NCBI GenBank assembly: GCA_044892525.1
Contig: CM097887.1
Location: 128,876,397-128,940,396 of the forward strand
DNA length: 64,000 bases
Origin: Schmidtea polychroa
Taxonomy: Eukaryota
Reading direction: 5' to 3'
The first letter of the stretch is position 1. Every line of letters starts with the position of its first letter. The position numbers and the translations under genes are program-made. The notes under the pieces were generated by a model. The model did not search any database. It saw only the letters and a list, made by a program, of their open reading frames with translations, and was not told the origin of the DNA. This document shows positions 10,383-24,780 of this stretch, one piece after another.

Positions 10383-11049
10383 ATTTATGTGAATAATAAA
10401 ATATATATTGTGAATTATTTGACTTAGTTAATTAAAATGTGTTTTATCATTTAATTATTTATTTGTCCAATTAATTTAGATAATTAGTTTAAGTAAGAAT
10501 TATTATTTATCATGAAAAACTTTGCTTTGTTTTGAAAAATTAATGCCCATTTTATTTTAAATTAACACAGCTTTACTTTATGATTATTACTAATTAAAAT
10601 TTTATTCAAATTGAAATATTATTGTTATAATTTACCTCTTGTTAGAATATAATGTAAATGTAAAATTAAAAAAAAAAAAATAATAATAATAATAATAATA
10701 AATAAATAAATAAAATAATACTAAAATAAAAACATAATAAAATAATNNNNNNNNNNNNNNNNNNNNNNNNNNNNNNNNNNNNNNNNNNNNNNNNNNNNNN
10801 NNNNNNNNNNNNNNNNNNNNNNNNNNNNNNNNNNNNNNNNNNNNNNNNNNNNNNNNNNNNNNNNNNNNNNNNNNNNNNNNNNNNNNNNNNNNNNNNNNNN
10901 NTTAAAATAAAATATTAATAAATTAATAAATTAATTAAATGTAATAAATTAAAATAAAACATAATAAAATAATTAATTAATAAAAAAAAAAAAAAAAATT
11001 AAAAAGAAGTAATTAAATAAAATGTTACTTTAAAAAATAAATGATTCAA

Positions 11050-11430
11050 TTGGTCTATATTCGATCTTGATATTCCATGACCTTGAAAGTGCGCTGGAGT
11101 CCTTACTATTCACTACTAATATTACACTTGTAAATGTTCTCCTACTAGGTATTAAAAATCTGGATTTAATTTTTCAATAAAAATTTTAAAATTAGCTGAA
11201 TCCATAAACGATAACGGAAGTCCATCTTATAAAATCTGACTATTTAATAGAAATTCAGCAGAAAAATTAATGTCAGCACTTTTGTTCATATCTTCACCAT
11301 GCTCATTTGCCATATGGTAAAGCATACCATTTGTTTGACCATTCATGGAAATAGTATGTTCGCAAAGCTTGCATTTGGTCATATTATTACCAATTTCATC
11401 AAAAAAAAACCCACACTAAACTTCTTTTTT
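11050..11430 (-). pseudogene. hAT transposase N-terminal remnant with BED zinc finger
   Basis: Manual translation: VW.FFDEIGNNMTKCKLCEHTISMNGQTNGMLYHMANEH (W, Cx2C, Hx4H), followed by DGLPLSF; interrupted by stops. Confidence 0.65.
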
Positions 11431-13819
11431 TTCTCTTTTTAGACCCAACTAAAATTTGAAATGAATCTTGCATAGAAACTGGTATATGAGTTATTGATGA
11501 ATCTAAAATAATATCTGTAGTGGTATTTTGAGGTAACAACTAGGAATTATTAGGAAAAAATGCGGTTTTTTCGGGTTGATTTATTGATGTGTCTTTCAAG
11601 AGTCAACACACATCGAGTCAAACACATTGCGAGGTGAATACGGCGTTGATGATGTAGGTATTGTAAACGGTAGTGGTTCTTTGTTAATACCATTTGTAAC
11701 TTTTTACGCGGTTTATCTTTAATTGTAAGGGAATAAATATTTTATTATTAATAAGAAATTATTAATAAAAAATTATTAAATAAATTATTAAATCCCTAGT
11801 TTTTATATTATTATTATTATTTATTTATTGATACTTAACTCTTTCGTGGTTTTTGCTAAAAATTTAAATTTAATTTAAAATAAAATTTATTTGTTTTAAA
11901 ATCAAAAATAATTTTCAAAATATGGGGGCTAAATATTAAAATTAATTTTAATATAATAATTATAAATTAAATTTTTTTAAAATATCCGAATAATATTGTT
12001 AAATAAATTGCTAATTTTAAAACTTTTAATTATTTTCCCCCCAAATTTGTGTATTTTTTAAAATATTTTTCTAATTTTTCCTCCAAATTTGTGTGTAAAC
12101 CCATTTTTAAAATTGAAATAAATATTAATAACTAATAGATAATAATTATTATACTTATAGAATGTTATTCATATAAACTCGTATTATGAGTAATATTTTA
12201 TCATCGAAATTATTATTTTTATTAATANNNNNNNNNNNNNNNNNNNNNNNNNNNNNNNNNNNNNNNNNNNNNNNNNNNNNNNNNNNNNNNNNNNNNNNNN
12301 NNNNNNNNNNNNNNNNNNNNNNNNNNNNNNNNNNNNNNNNNNNNNNNNNNNNNNNNNNNNNNNNNNNNNNNNNNNNNNNNNNNNNNNNNNNNNNNNNNNN
12401 NNNNNNNNNNNNNNNNNNNNNNNNNNNNNNNNNNNNNTATTATTAATATTTAAAATTTCCTACGAACCAATTTAGGAGAAATTTGAGTTGAATGGCAGGA
12501 AGTTTCTAATTTCCGTCTAGAGACTAATTGGAACAAAATTATCTAACGTCTCTAAATGATATAAGTTTAACTATACTGACATAAACTCCTATTTAACTTC
12601 AACAAATAATGATCAAATAAACAAAATAAATATTCATATAAATCCCTTGGTGTTAATATTAAAAAGTTCATTTCATTTTCNNNNNNNNNNNNNNNNNNNN
12701 NNNNNNNNNNNNNNNNNNNNNNNNNNNNNNNNNNNNNNNNNNNNNNNNNNNNNNNNNNNNNNNNNNNNNNNNNNNNNNNNNNNNNNNNNNNNNNNNNNNN
12801 NNNNNNNNNNNNNNNNNNNNNTGAACTTTATAATGACTTTATAAATATTGAAATTTTATTTTAGTTTTCAAACGTTTTCCCTAAGAAATATAATGATGAA
12901 CAAATAATTTGTCATGACTTTTGAATAAGATGTTTTATTTACTTTATAATTCGCAATATTTATTTTTCTGTGTATACGATGAAAAATATATTTGAAAAAT
13001 ATTATTTATTTTTAAATAATAATAATTAAATATTACTAAAATTTTAATAAATGAAAAAATGAAAAAAAAATATAAATAAAGTTTTTATCACATAATAGTT
13101 TTGAAATATTACATATTCTTTACCAATTTACTTTAGAAAAATAGTTGGAATAATTCACAGTTACCTCTGTTCCTTTTTATTATATTAGCTGCCTTTTGAA
13201 AAGATCGGTTCAAATTTCTATTCGTCTGAAATAAATTTACATATTTTCAAAATGAAAAATGCTGGAATTAAATAATTGCCGATTTAATAATAATATTTTA
13301 TTATCACTTTATAGCTGACTCCGTGTATTCAAAACTATTCGTACGAAGACTGTATATAATATACTAATTTATTATTGATATCACAATTTTACAAGATCTG
13401 ATTTTATTAAATTGATAGACCACAAATAGGGCCTATAAGAGCCACATTGAGACCCATTTCAGGTAATATATGTGGCCCCCTATATAGTAATATGAGTTTT
13501 AGAAATTTTAAGTTTTTGTTGATCAATAATTCATTAATACAAAATAAAAAAAAATCCGATTCAAAATATCAAAAAACAAAAACTAAATGTAATAAATAAA
13601 AATGAAAAAAGCCTTTTAGAGTCCTTAGAGGTTTAACTTAAACGAACTTATTTATTCAGAATAATCGAAATCGAAATCAAGTCGAAAGTAAAAATACCCC
13701 AAAGATAGGTGACTCTCAAAGTTGTATTCGATTTTATTATAGGAAATATTTTTTTTGCCCTACATAAAAGTGTAAAATAATATTTTAATCGCTTTGTATA
13801 GTTCTGATCTTATTACTAG

Positions 13820-13975
13820 TAATCAAAAGTCACTTGAAAAAGGCAGTGCCGAAAATTCGTGAATATCAAAAAAAAATTGATATCTTTACTGATTCATAAT
13901 CAAGTTTTTTAATAAATACAATGCCAATGCAAAAGAAATCAGAGGTGAAAATTGTAAAAAGTTCTTATAATACTA
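13820..13975. repeat. Dispersed foldback/MITE-like repeat family (other copies ~42310-42510 and ~58225-58400)
   Basis: Shared GAAAATTCGTGAATATCAAAAA..GATATCTTTACTGATTC..AGAGGTGAAAAT. Internal inverted repeats are visible at 42318-42410 and 58240-58284. Confidence 0.7.
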
Positions 13976-14009
13976 TTTTCAAATATAAGACCCCTCATGA
14001 GCCACACAC

Positions 14010-14480
14010 ATTTTCCAGTGCTCAACAAGTTCCAGGAAACCATCTTTGTAGAATCGGAGCTTAGAAATTTTTATTCAGCTGATTTTTGTTTTGATTTGTG
14101 AGCATAGAGTGCGAGTGGTACTTCACCCTCAGCGATGATACTCTCCAGGAAGTTGTCTCCGTGCTCTTCGAAGATGATTCAAGCAGCATGCCACCTTGAT
14201 TTGACACATCTCCATGATGAGAAAGCAAGAAATAAATATGGATACCAAAGTCACTCGAAATGGTGTTCACACTTCTCATCATCAAACATTGATTCTCCAT
14301 CATGTATAAACTGACTAATCCAATGGTAGATAGTTTTGTAAAGGGCAAGTATTCCCATCAAATAAGTTAAAATTGTCTCACACATATCTCAACGCAAAAT
14401 GAAAAGTTTTATCACACTGCGATATTCCACTGGAAGTAGCATAACTCGTGTAAAATTTTGAAATGACGCTCTGGAAAACA
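14010..14480 (-). pseudogene. Internally deleted mariner transposase remnant
   Basis: One frame reads DNFLESIIAEGEVPLALYAHKSKQKSAE, resembling mariner FL.RIVTGDETW..Y.PE.K.QS. The end resembles FY..GI.KL..RW.KC. Confidence 0.5.
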
Positions 14481-15499
14481 AATAAAAAATAATTCAATAA
14501 AACTAAATATATTCCAATAACCTATCCTTATGTATGCAACTTGATAAAAAATAATTATCAAAACATATTCTATCATAGGTAGTTCGTGTATTATTATAAT
14601 TATTCATAATTATATAATAAATATATTTTGGAATTTGTTCTCTAATTTAAATTCCTCAGAATTTCAATCTGCTCCGATAAATAATTTAAAAATCCTTTTA
14701 AAATTTTTTTAAAAATTTTTTAAAAATTTTTTTTTCAAACCTTCAACACAAATATAATATGTAAAATAGTAAAAAAAATTATCTATTGATTTATTTCTAA
14801 CAGAAACAATTCATATTTCCTTCGACAATAATTTAATTGAGAAACGAAAGAAAATTCTCTCACAAACGCCAATAAATTAAATATTTAGCTTTTAAAAAGT
14901 TGCCTCGGTTTGTTTAAAAATAGCTTCTCATCAATTAGCATAATTTGTACATCGGTAGAAACAAAATGCAAAAATGAAAATGAAAATTACAAAATTTATT
15001 TCAAAATGAAAAATTTATTTTCTCAATTTAAAAAAATTTCTTTCGAATTCAATTTCAATACTAAATTGTGGGAAATTGTCATTTTAACAGGATTTCAAGT
15101 GACTTTTAAATTGAAAATTGCGGGAAATTGTGACCAAAGATTATATCGTAACATTGACATCTAGGATTTTGTAATAATAATTATTGTTTCAATGTAACAA
15201 AATTATATTTGGGAATTTTGACCAGATCTGCGATTGGACAAATCATTCGCAAATACATTATTAATCGCAAGACATCATTTTAATTTTGGTAAAGAATTTT
15301 ACAAATTAAACAAATATCTAGGTTTTTTTTGCCATTGCCATTTCAATAATAATTTATTTCAAGTAAAAATATCGAGTAAATCTGGGATACAAGAAATTCA
15401 AAAAAATTACAAAACTGGTCAACCCTGATTTTAGCTTTTATATAATGTAATTAAATTTTAATTGACAATATTATTAAAATATTTAAAACCTTTACAAAT

Positions 15500-15990
15500 T
15501 GTTGAAATTCATTTCATTTAATAAGCGATTTATAAGCGACCAACGCAAAACTGCTTTCTAAAAAATGTTTAAAACCTTTTTTATAAGGAACCAATAAAAA
15601 ATAAATGTTTGGAATATTTAAAAAAATATTGTCAACATACACACTCATTATAAATAAATTCAATTAGAAATGTCTACTTATTTAAATTTTATTTCTGTGG
15701 CCTTGTTTCGCATTTCAATGGTTAATTTCTTCTGAATTAAAAAACCCCTCTTCTCCCCATTGAAGAGTATAGTTAAAACATGCAATAATTTGATTGATTC
15801 TATTTTCTTCGTCCGCAACCATTATAGACACATCATCTAATGTCTCATCTTCTTTAATATTATTATGACAGTTAATAAAATTAATTTAAATTTTGTTATC
15901 AGTTGTGATGAATCTACACATTAAACAATTATTATCGTCCGGATTTTTAGAGTCGCTTATAATGGGTCGTTTATGAATGAGCTTCACTGT
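15500..15990. mobile_element. Degenerate Tc1/mariner/pogo-like element
   Basis: Right end GTCGTTTATGAATGAGCTTCACTG followed by TA. A degenerate counterpart TTCATTTAATAAGCG..TATAAGCGAC lies at ~15510-15540. Confidence 0.35.
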
Positions 15991-17675
15991 ATTAGTTAAT
16001 TTACATTTTTTGGAAATATTATTTCATAACTGAATCCCTCACAGTGAGAACCCTAATAAAAACCCAAATTTCCATACAAAAAACTGAAACTACAAAGTTT
16101 TATAAACTAATGATTAGCGGAATTTCAATAATCTGTATAATGACAATTTCGTTAGTGTTTTTTCTAGTACTTGTCTAATATTATACAGTTGGAAGGAAAA
16201 TGTTGATTTTACATTTAAAATATTTCTTAATTTTGTTTTAAAAATTCCTTTAATATCTCCGTAATAAATTACAATCTTAATCATTGATGTATGTAATATA
16301 GTTAAAATATAATTCATTCATCATTTATGCTGGAAGTGATTATTTTAATTTTTATAACATCATTCTGAAATTTAATTAATTACATAATTCTATTATTTAA
16401 ACTAGAATTAAAACAAATAAATGTCATTGGATGACTGATTTCATGAAATTATCGAAATTAAAAATACAAATTGAAGACTAAAATTTAAAATTTAGAAATA
16501 CTGAATTCAAAATCTATGCTTCATTGGGATACCTCAATTTTGGTAAAAGGCAAATCCAACAACCGTAAAAAACAAAGCAAATAAATGATTTATTATTCAA
16601 TACTATCTGAATGTATGTGAAACCTATTTTTAATATTTCAAATAATTCTAACAATATATAATTTTTTTCTTTAAAAATATCCAACAAAAACCTTGCGTTT
16701 TCTCTTGCAATAATCTGCAATTGTATTCATATGAATATAATTTCTTTCTGTTTTAATCACGATAATCTCTTAATGATCTTCAGATTGCCTCATTATATTC
16801 TCCCTGTCGCCTAACGTATTAGGTTTCTGTAATTACAATAGGACGGTCTAATTAATTTTTGTAAATAGTGAGATATTTTTATTTTTATATTGAAATTACC
16901 TATTTAAACCAAAAGGCGTTTAACTAAATTTTATAAATGATGAGTAAAACACTAATAAAACACTAGAAAACCGAAATAGCCACTGCGACCAAATTGATAC
17001 ATAATCATCTGCTTTTTTCTGGGTTTTCAATCATTTTCAAATCGGTACCTAAAATTCGAAATTAACGAGCGATTTGATTATGTGATCTAATAATAATACC
17101 AAATCAAGTGACATTTTAACATAAGAAAAGGTTCTCAATCTTTTAAAGGTATTCTTATGCGAGATATGAAGATTTCATGGCTCCTTTCTAGGGATTGTAT
17201 ACCGGTAAATTAAAAATCCTTGTTGGAATTTTTTATGTCTAAAATATCGTATTTATAAATACCTAAAAGGTCTAAAGGGACAAAGTTACAGTAAATATTT
17301 TAAATTTCCAGTTGGAATCTGGTTTTTATTACATGTTTTAGCCTGAAAGAAGAGAAAAAAAATGTTTCACTTCATTTGAAATCTCAGCTTGCGGCTACTT
17401 GAAAGCAAGATAAATACAAAATGGATACCTTTATTTATTACTCTCACCTGTTGCGGACGTGACTAAATGAATAGAATATCGCTAAGTTCCCATAAAATAG
17501 CCTGCCAAATTATCTAAAAATGCAACCAATTGAAAGTTTAGAGTCAGATAATAAAAATATTGACACTTCTACAGTTAATGTAGAAATGCCTATGAAGCAG
17601 AAATTACACAATCTGGTAAAACAAAAAACAGAATGCCAGGAAAGATCAGTTCCACAACAAAAAAAACAAAAATAA

Positions 17676-17939
17676 TTGGCAATATATGTGAAAAAAGAAT
17701 TGAAGTACTTCCGCCAAGAGAAAATACGAGGAAAGTATATTCAAATGGCGGTATATGATTATTTGATGACAATACGTCCAATAAGTGTTGATTCAGAAAG
17801 GGTAATCTCGGGCTCTGGGTTATTTTGTACAAAAATAGGAACAAAATTAGGGGATATCACTTTAAATAATTTAAGTCTTTTGAGGAGCTATTTCTTAAAA
17901 AATGTTAATAAAATAATAATAATAAAAAATGTTAGTTAA
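17676..17939 (+). pseudogene. hAT transposase C-terminal dimerisation domain remnant
   Basis: YLMTIRPISVDSERVISGSGLFCTKIGTKL..LNNLSLLRSYF matches the hATC pattern L.I.PTSV.SER.FS.SG....K.R..L. Confidence 0.7.
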
Positions 17940-18149
17940 TAAAGCTATTTCTGTGTCATTATTATTTTTTTAAATTTATTTTTATTTGTTTCTAAAATAT
18001 TATTATAGTTTGTTTAGATTTATAATAATACATTAATCTTTATATTTTTCATATTTTATATTTTTGAAATAAAAATCGTGAAATGGAAATTTAAACTTGT
18101 TTTTTCTCAACTTTATTTTATCTTTTAGAAAAAAAAATTCCCGGTAATT

Positions 18150-18700
18150 TACAATCCCTACTCCTTTCTATAATAAAACAGTTCCCTCGAACCATGTAGA
18201 TATTCACGAATGTCTAGCAAGTCTTTCCTCGTGTAAGTCTTTTCCTCGAGTATCTTCTTTCATGAGCTAATGTGTCTAGATCCACATGCTATGACTGTTT
18301 CGGTAACATCTTTCTTGAATTGACTTAACATTATCCAATTGGTCCAAAACTGGCAACTGTATCGAGAATAAAAATTCTATTTTCTCTTGGATAATACAGA
18401 ATGGGCGCTTCACATATTATTTTTCTGAGAATCTGAAAAGCATCATCACATCCTTCTGACAAATGAATATTCTTTTTCGCATCCTGTTATTGCTGCATAC
18501 AGAGGAGCTGTGATCTTTGTGATTTCTTTATGAATATTCTATAATAATTTGTCATCTCTAAAACGGACGTTAATTGCTTTGCACATTTTAGCATTTCGGC
18601 ATTTTTAGTACTGCTTATCTTTTTAATATTTTTATGAATTCAATCTTCACTTATTGTATGACCAAGAAAAACCGAGATCTTTCGGTAAAATACGAGGTTC
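18150..18700 (-). pseudogene. Ty3/gypsy pol remnant (RT connection/RNase H)
   Basis: Manual translation FLGHTISE ... CEAPILYYP..RIFILDTVAS..PIG (cf. F.LDTDAS..IGAVL); multiple stops. Confidence 0.7.
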
Positions 18701-19877
18701 TCAGCATTGATATTTAAACATGCTCTATGAATTCTTGTTAGTAAAGTTTTTTAACAGGCTACGATTTGGGTTAGCAACAGCCCGAACTACTTTCCAAAGA
18801 CTGATGCACTCTCTTAGAAGGTATTATTTTTAAAGGACTTATAGTATATTGTCTAAATATAGTAACCGCATCAATATTTCCGGCGTGGGGTCGCTAGTTA
18901 AGATTTTTTCTGCTAAAGAAATTAAATTTCAAACAAAAAAATTTACTTTAATTCAAAAAATGCATTTCAATCAAATTAAAACAAGGATAAAATAAGGATA
19001 TTGAAAGATTTATGCCATAAAATTTTATAGAAAAATAAAAGTTCCAAAAAAATACGTCTCAAATATATTGATAAAAATACAAAATACTCAATTTAAAAAT
19101 GAGAATTGAGAAAGTATCTAAAATCAAAGCCAAATTAATTCTTACAGTAAAAACTTAATAAAAAGTTCTCGTTAAAAATAATATTCCTAAAAATATTCTT
19201 CATAGTAAGAGTCATTACAGAAAAAATGATTATAATGGAAATATTTATATTAAAAAGGATGAATAATCTCAAAATTCGGTAAATTGGGAGCCAAATGTAT
19301 TACCTGCCATGGGTTTCCAAGTGGCTCGTTAACATTTTAATAAATGGCTGTAAAGAAATATTGTTAATCGATTATGTTTTTTAATTTCTTATTTATAAAC
19401 TACTACATAGAAAAAAATGTCTTCAAACCGTTTTGTTTTAATAATATCAGAAAAATAATGTTTTCGAATAAAATTTACCATAACCTTTTCACTATGAATG
19501 TCACTAATAAAAAGAAAACTATTATTGTATAATAACTAAATAAAGGACTATTAATATATTTTTTAAATATACATTTTAATCTGACTATTAAAACAACCAA
19601 TATTATTGGCCAATTCTGACTACTCGCGTCCGTGTGCGCACACCTTCTTGTCTGTGTGCAGACGCGAGTAGTCGAGTTTTTGGGCTTTATTTGAAATTGA
19701 TTTTTTTCGATTTTCGTTTCTAGAATTTATTTGTAATTTATGATTTTTGGTTGTTGTTTAAAAAAGTTTTTTCTGGGATTTTCGGTTTCGATTTGGATTT
19801 CTTTTGCTGAACGTTGTTTTTTGTTTCTGGAATTTTGATATTGAAAAATAAATTTTCCGAGTCTTCTTATTTCAATT

Positions 19878-20006
19878 ATGAACCAAACTGAAGTTAATGA
19901 ACGTGTTAAATGGTTTAACTCAAAGAATGGATACGGATTCATTTGTTTTGACAATAAAATTAATGATATAGAGGTGTTTGTACATTTTAAATCTTTTAAA
20001 CGTTAA
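19878..20006 (+). pseudogene. Cold-shock domain (Y-box/Lin28-type) fragment, 42 codons
   Basis: MNQTEVNERVKWFNSKNGYGFICFDNKINDIEVFVHFKSFKR*: contains VKWFN, RNP1-like NGYGFI and RNP2-like VFVHF; truncated. Confidence 0.75.
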
Positions 20007-20051
20007 TAACTGATTTAGAAGTTCTTTTCGATATTCCCAAAGCTTACAAAT

Positions 20052-20595
20052 TATGTTGGAGGCATTCAAGGAGTTCTTTCTTTGTACGCTTCAGGTCGTA
20101 CATTGGGTGTCGTGATCCTGATCACCTGGGTGGGTGATCACTTTAGTGATCCTGTATTTGTAGAATTAATTTAGCTGGTAGAGACTTAACTGATTATCTA
20201 ATGAAAACATTGAGAGACAGAGGATACAGTTTTACAACTACTGCCGAAAGAGAAATTTTTCGAGATACTAAAGAAAATTTGTATTACATTGTTCTTGATT
20301 TTTAAGAAAGATACAAACTGCTGTTTTTTCATCGTTACTTGAATAGAGTTATGAACTACCAGATGATCAAGTTATTACCATTGGATATGAAAGATTCAGA
20401 TGTCCAGAAGCTTTATTCCAGGAATCATTCTTAAGAAAGGAAACTGTTGGTATTCATGATGAAATGCAACGCAGATATCCGCAAAGATTTATGTAGCAAT
20501 ACTGTCTTATCAAGTAGTTCGACAATGGTTCTTGAACGAATGCAAAAACAAATATCACCTTTGGTTCCATCAGCATCAATGAGAATTAAACAATT
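20052..20595 (+). pseudogene. act: Actin pseudogene fragment (central region) with deletions and stops, no visible introns
   Basis: IQGVLSLYASGRT; [28 protein letters not shown]; [24 protein letters not shown]. Confidence 0.93.
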
Positions 20596-23164
20596 ATCAA
20601 TTATACTACAATAACCTTTTTTCTCAGAATTTCAAATCAAATTATTATTAGAATATAACAAGTTCCTGTTGATAAAGAAACTTAAGTTACCGAAAAAGAT
20701 TTTAAAAATAATTTGTACAGTAATTAAATTAATTAATTAATATTCTCACGTGCAGGGTGAAACATGTCAGTCTCTATTAATTTCCTATTGATGTAAATTG
20801 AAGTTGAAGCTGGGAAATAAGTAAAGCATTAGAAATGACTAATTATTTTACAAAATAGGATATTAAATCTTTCTTAATAAACTTAGACAGATTAAATAAC
20901 TCCTAAAAGTAATAAAATTCATTTTACTGCAAAGTTTTGCGATAGTTTCATTCTCTTCAATAACTTCAGGTTTCCCTATCATTTAATTCGACACTTTGAT
21001 CTAGAATTATCCTTGATATCCTAGCAATAATAATGCCCTGGGGTAATCAGTTTTCACCCAAGTCATGATAGCGATTTCCGTGTTAGAGTCGGGCAATCAG
21101 CTTACTTTTTTAAAGTTAATGGTTTGAAAGAGTTCCACGAGTTGGCAATGAATCGACATGAGATTATTAAAACAAATCCCAAAGGATGAATTAATAAATT
21201 TTACTTTAAAAGAAATTCATTATTACTGGAAATGAACTGGTTGGAATTAGAATTTCATTGAGAAATTATTTTTTATGATTGGGAAATTTATTGTATATAA
21301 CATCATTTTCATTTAAAAATAGTTTCTAAAGATAAAATTTAGCCGCGAAAATGTTGCACTTCCTTCACAGTTTTCTATCTAGTTGCTAGGAATCCACTGT
21401 CAAATTTATAATTACAAATGATAATTATCAGCGAAATACAATATTACCTCACTTTGCGTTGATTCGGTTAGCGTAGCATTATTTTTTGACACTCAATTTT
21501 CAATTTGCGTTGTCTTTTATTTGTAATTTTGTATTATTTTTATTTTTTTTGCATCAATTAAGAATGTAAGTGAATGGAATTACGAATCAGATAATTCAGT
21601 AATTGGCAATGATTGTTTACCGATTAAAACAAACCCCGAGTACATTTCAAATATGAGCAATATTGAGGAATTGATTCAAAATCTTACTTTTCCAAAATAA
21701 GATGAGATGAGCAGATTGATGATGATGAACTGGTTAAATTTAAATTTTCTCTTAGAGAATTTCGAAAAATCATGCTTTCAAATATAGTCCTTTTCAAGAC
21801 CTTCAATTTTGCTGACTACGACATTTGTAAATTTTCATTGGAAGATTATCAAAACTTTGGTAAAGAAGATTTTTTGAGTTATGATTTATCATGATGCAAG
21901 GGTCTGAGAATTTTAAAGATTTTAGCTTGGAATATGATGGAAAATGTCGAAATCAATCTTTTTACTGAAGATGACCTAATATCACATTTGGAAGGCGTTT
22001 AAAATCACATTTGAAATTTCTCAAAATTTGTGAGCTTCCTAACTGACTTTGGAAAAAAATGTTGATACCTTGAAGAAAAGTTTGAATTGATTATAATAAA
22101 AGGAACTGGAGACAGAACAAAATCAATCGACATAGCGATTAATAGCCAATATGGACGAAAGTTATATGGAAGGTGGAATGTCCTAACCATCGAATCAATC
22201 TACTTCTAATGTTAAATTTAAAAGGATAAATTTTAATAACAAAACTCTGATGTCGTTACAAGTTTTGAGCTTGGTCGTGACATTTCCGATTTTAGATACA
22301 TAACACTAAGGTTTTTCCTTGCCGAAGTCCAGTTGGCCGAGCGATCTGAACAAATTAAAATCTTACGAACATAATACAATTTCAACATTTTAGGTTTAAA
22401 TATGAAGCAATTTTAATGCAATAGATCGTGTAAACATGACAGAAGTTCGGCTTATTTATTATCGGTTTAAAGCTTCAAATATTAGTAAAAGATATACAGA
22501 TACTTCACTAATTATAAAAATTATACAATCTTATATCGAGAAACGTGACTGAAGTTCGGCACATCAGTGTCGATCACAAGCTCTGAATAAGAGCCATAGT
22601 AGATAAAAATGAATTTAACAAAAACTAGCACAGTAATCGATAAATAGATAGTTTTAACAACTAAATTGAATAATTGATGATAATCGATATCTGGCAGATA
22701 GCCAAAATAGAGGGATTAGATAACCCAACATACTATCAGATTTCTTACAAGTAGATGAATCACTTTGGGAAAAAAACTTGTGACAGCGTAAATTGCCGAA
22801 TTTATTTTCATATTTTTACCTTATTACAGATTTTGCAGCCGGCAAAGCTTGCAAGATTTGCTTGTAAGTTGTAAAAGCAAGGTGGAAGTAGAAGATATAA
22901 CCAAACCAACGCTATAGTGTATATAGTTTATAATGTAAAGTTATATGAACTGTCAATTAGCATGCCAAAACAAGACATTTTAATTATTAGTTTTTTTTGA
23001 GTTTTATGATCTTCAGTTAAATGAATAAAACTGTAATTATGGATGTGTCAACGCTGTTCTAGAGTAAAAATTTAAGTAATTTAATTTTTTATTTCCCATT
23101 ATTTTAATATATGTAGAAATGCAAATGTTTGCATGAGTCTCGTTCCTAGTCTGCTGTCTTGGAA

Positions 23165-23220
23165 ATGGACCCGCTTATTGTTTGCTGCATTGGGTCCCGC
23201 ATGCTCTAGGGCCGGCCCTG
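23165..23220 (-). mobile_element. Single end of a hAT-type MITE (CAGGGCCGGCCCTAG)
   Basis: TAGGGCCGGCCCTG ends at 23220; no partner end found. Confidence 0.4.
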
Positions 23221-23279
23221 GTCAGATATAATAAAAAACCGATGGCCTGGGAATTTAAAAAAAACTAAAGAAATTTTAA

Positions 23280-23760
23280 ATTATTACACTAATTTACTTT
23301 AATTTAAAAATATTACTTCATTTATTTAAAATCTATTACTTAATTTACTATAATTTTCTTTAATTTTAAATTATTATCTCCATTTCTCAGTGTTACTTAT
23401 TTTTTTAAATATTGGCGTAATTTACTTTAATTTACTAAATTCTAAAATTATTACCTCAAAGTCTCAAAATTTAAATAGTAATTTGCCTTAATTTACTTTA
23501 ATTTACATAATTTTTAATTATTATCTCAGTGTTATTCAAAATATATTACTTATTTTTTCAATATTGCCCTAATTTACTTTAATTTACTTAATTTTAAATT
23601 TATTACCTCAAAGTCTCAATTGTCATCGATTCATCAAAATATCTGACCAAAATTAAAAATCTATTACTAATTTTTTAAATATTGTTCTAATTTACTTTAA
23701 TTTACTTTAATTTTCAATTATTACCATAATTTCACGTGGCCGTCGATTCATCAAAATATC
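23280..23760. repeat. Degenerate AT-rich tandem repeats (AATTTACTTTAATTTAC..TTATTA)
   Basis: The motif recurs several times at irregular intervals. Confidence 0.6.
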
Positions 23761-24780
23761 TCGCCAAAAATTCATATACAAAAAAATCTAGAGACCTTAA
23801 AATACTTTAGCTTTATTATTGAGAGTTGGATTTTGTATTAAAAAAATTATATAGAACTTAAAAATAACTTGGCTTTTTTAACGAGGGTCTGATTTCATAT
23901 AGGAAAAAATATCTAATACCTAAGAGCTCCTCTGGCTATAGTGTGAATTTGAAAAATTATACTATAGCCCTCTTGAGGAGTGGCTTTTTAGTGACAGTCG
24001 AATTTTGTATACAAAACATTTCTTGGACAAAAGATCCAATTAATCCCTGGAACAATGGGAAATTCCATTAACCTCTGGAGCAGTGGCTTTTTAGTGACAG
24101 TTGGATTTTGTGTACAAAAATATTGGGTTTTTTATTGCTGCTTTTGAAATTGAATTTTGACAATTGGTGATAAACTAATTTCATAGCACAATTTCGTTAG
24201 TGATTTTATAAATTGGTTTAACGGTTTCTCGGGGAAATAGGGCAAACATAATTAAAAAATTTTTAAACATGATAATAATTTGTAGTTAAATATAAATCAA
24301 AATAGATCAGAACTTTAATGAAATTGTTATGCCTGTTTAACTGATTAAGTTAGAAAATTTTGTCGATGATGATACGCAGAGTTTTAGTCTGAGATGGCGA
24401 GCAACGGATATCCATTTCCAAGTCGATTGAATTTGTGATAAATAATTTATTTTTGTGTATAATAAAATTTAAATGAATTATGGAGGTCTAATTTCCTAAC
24501 AATTCTTAAATTGTCAGTTGAGTAGTAAACGACAGCAGGAACCATGAAATAAATCGGACACATATCTTCAGAATGTTAACTAATTATAGTTCACCAGAGT
24601 AAACTCCTTTTTTTACTAAACTTCACCCATTCGACATATCAACGTTGTTCATTCAACGGGTGTTGAGTGATAGAAAACATTGTATTCTGGTTACGCTGGA
24701 AATAGCTAAAAAGGGATATAATTTTGTTAACCTGAAACTCAAAAGTATTCATTGAATTAAAATAGTGATATAGTGATAGT

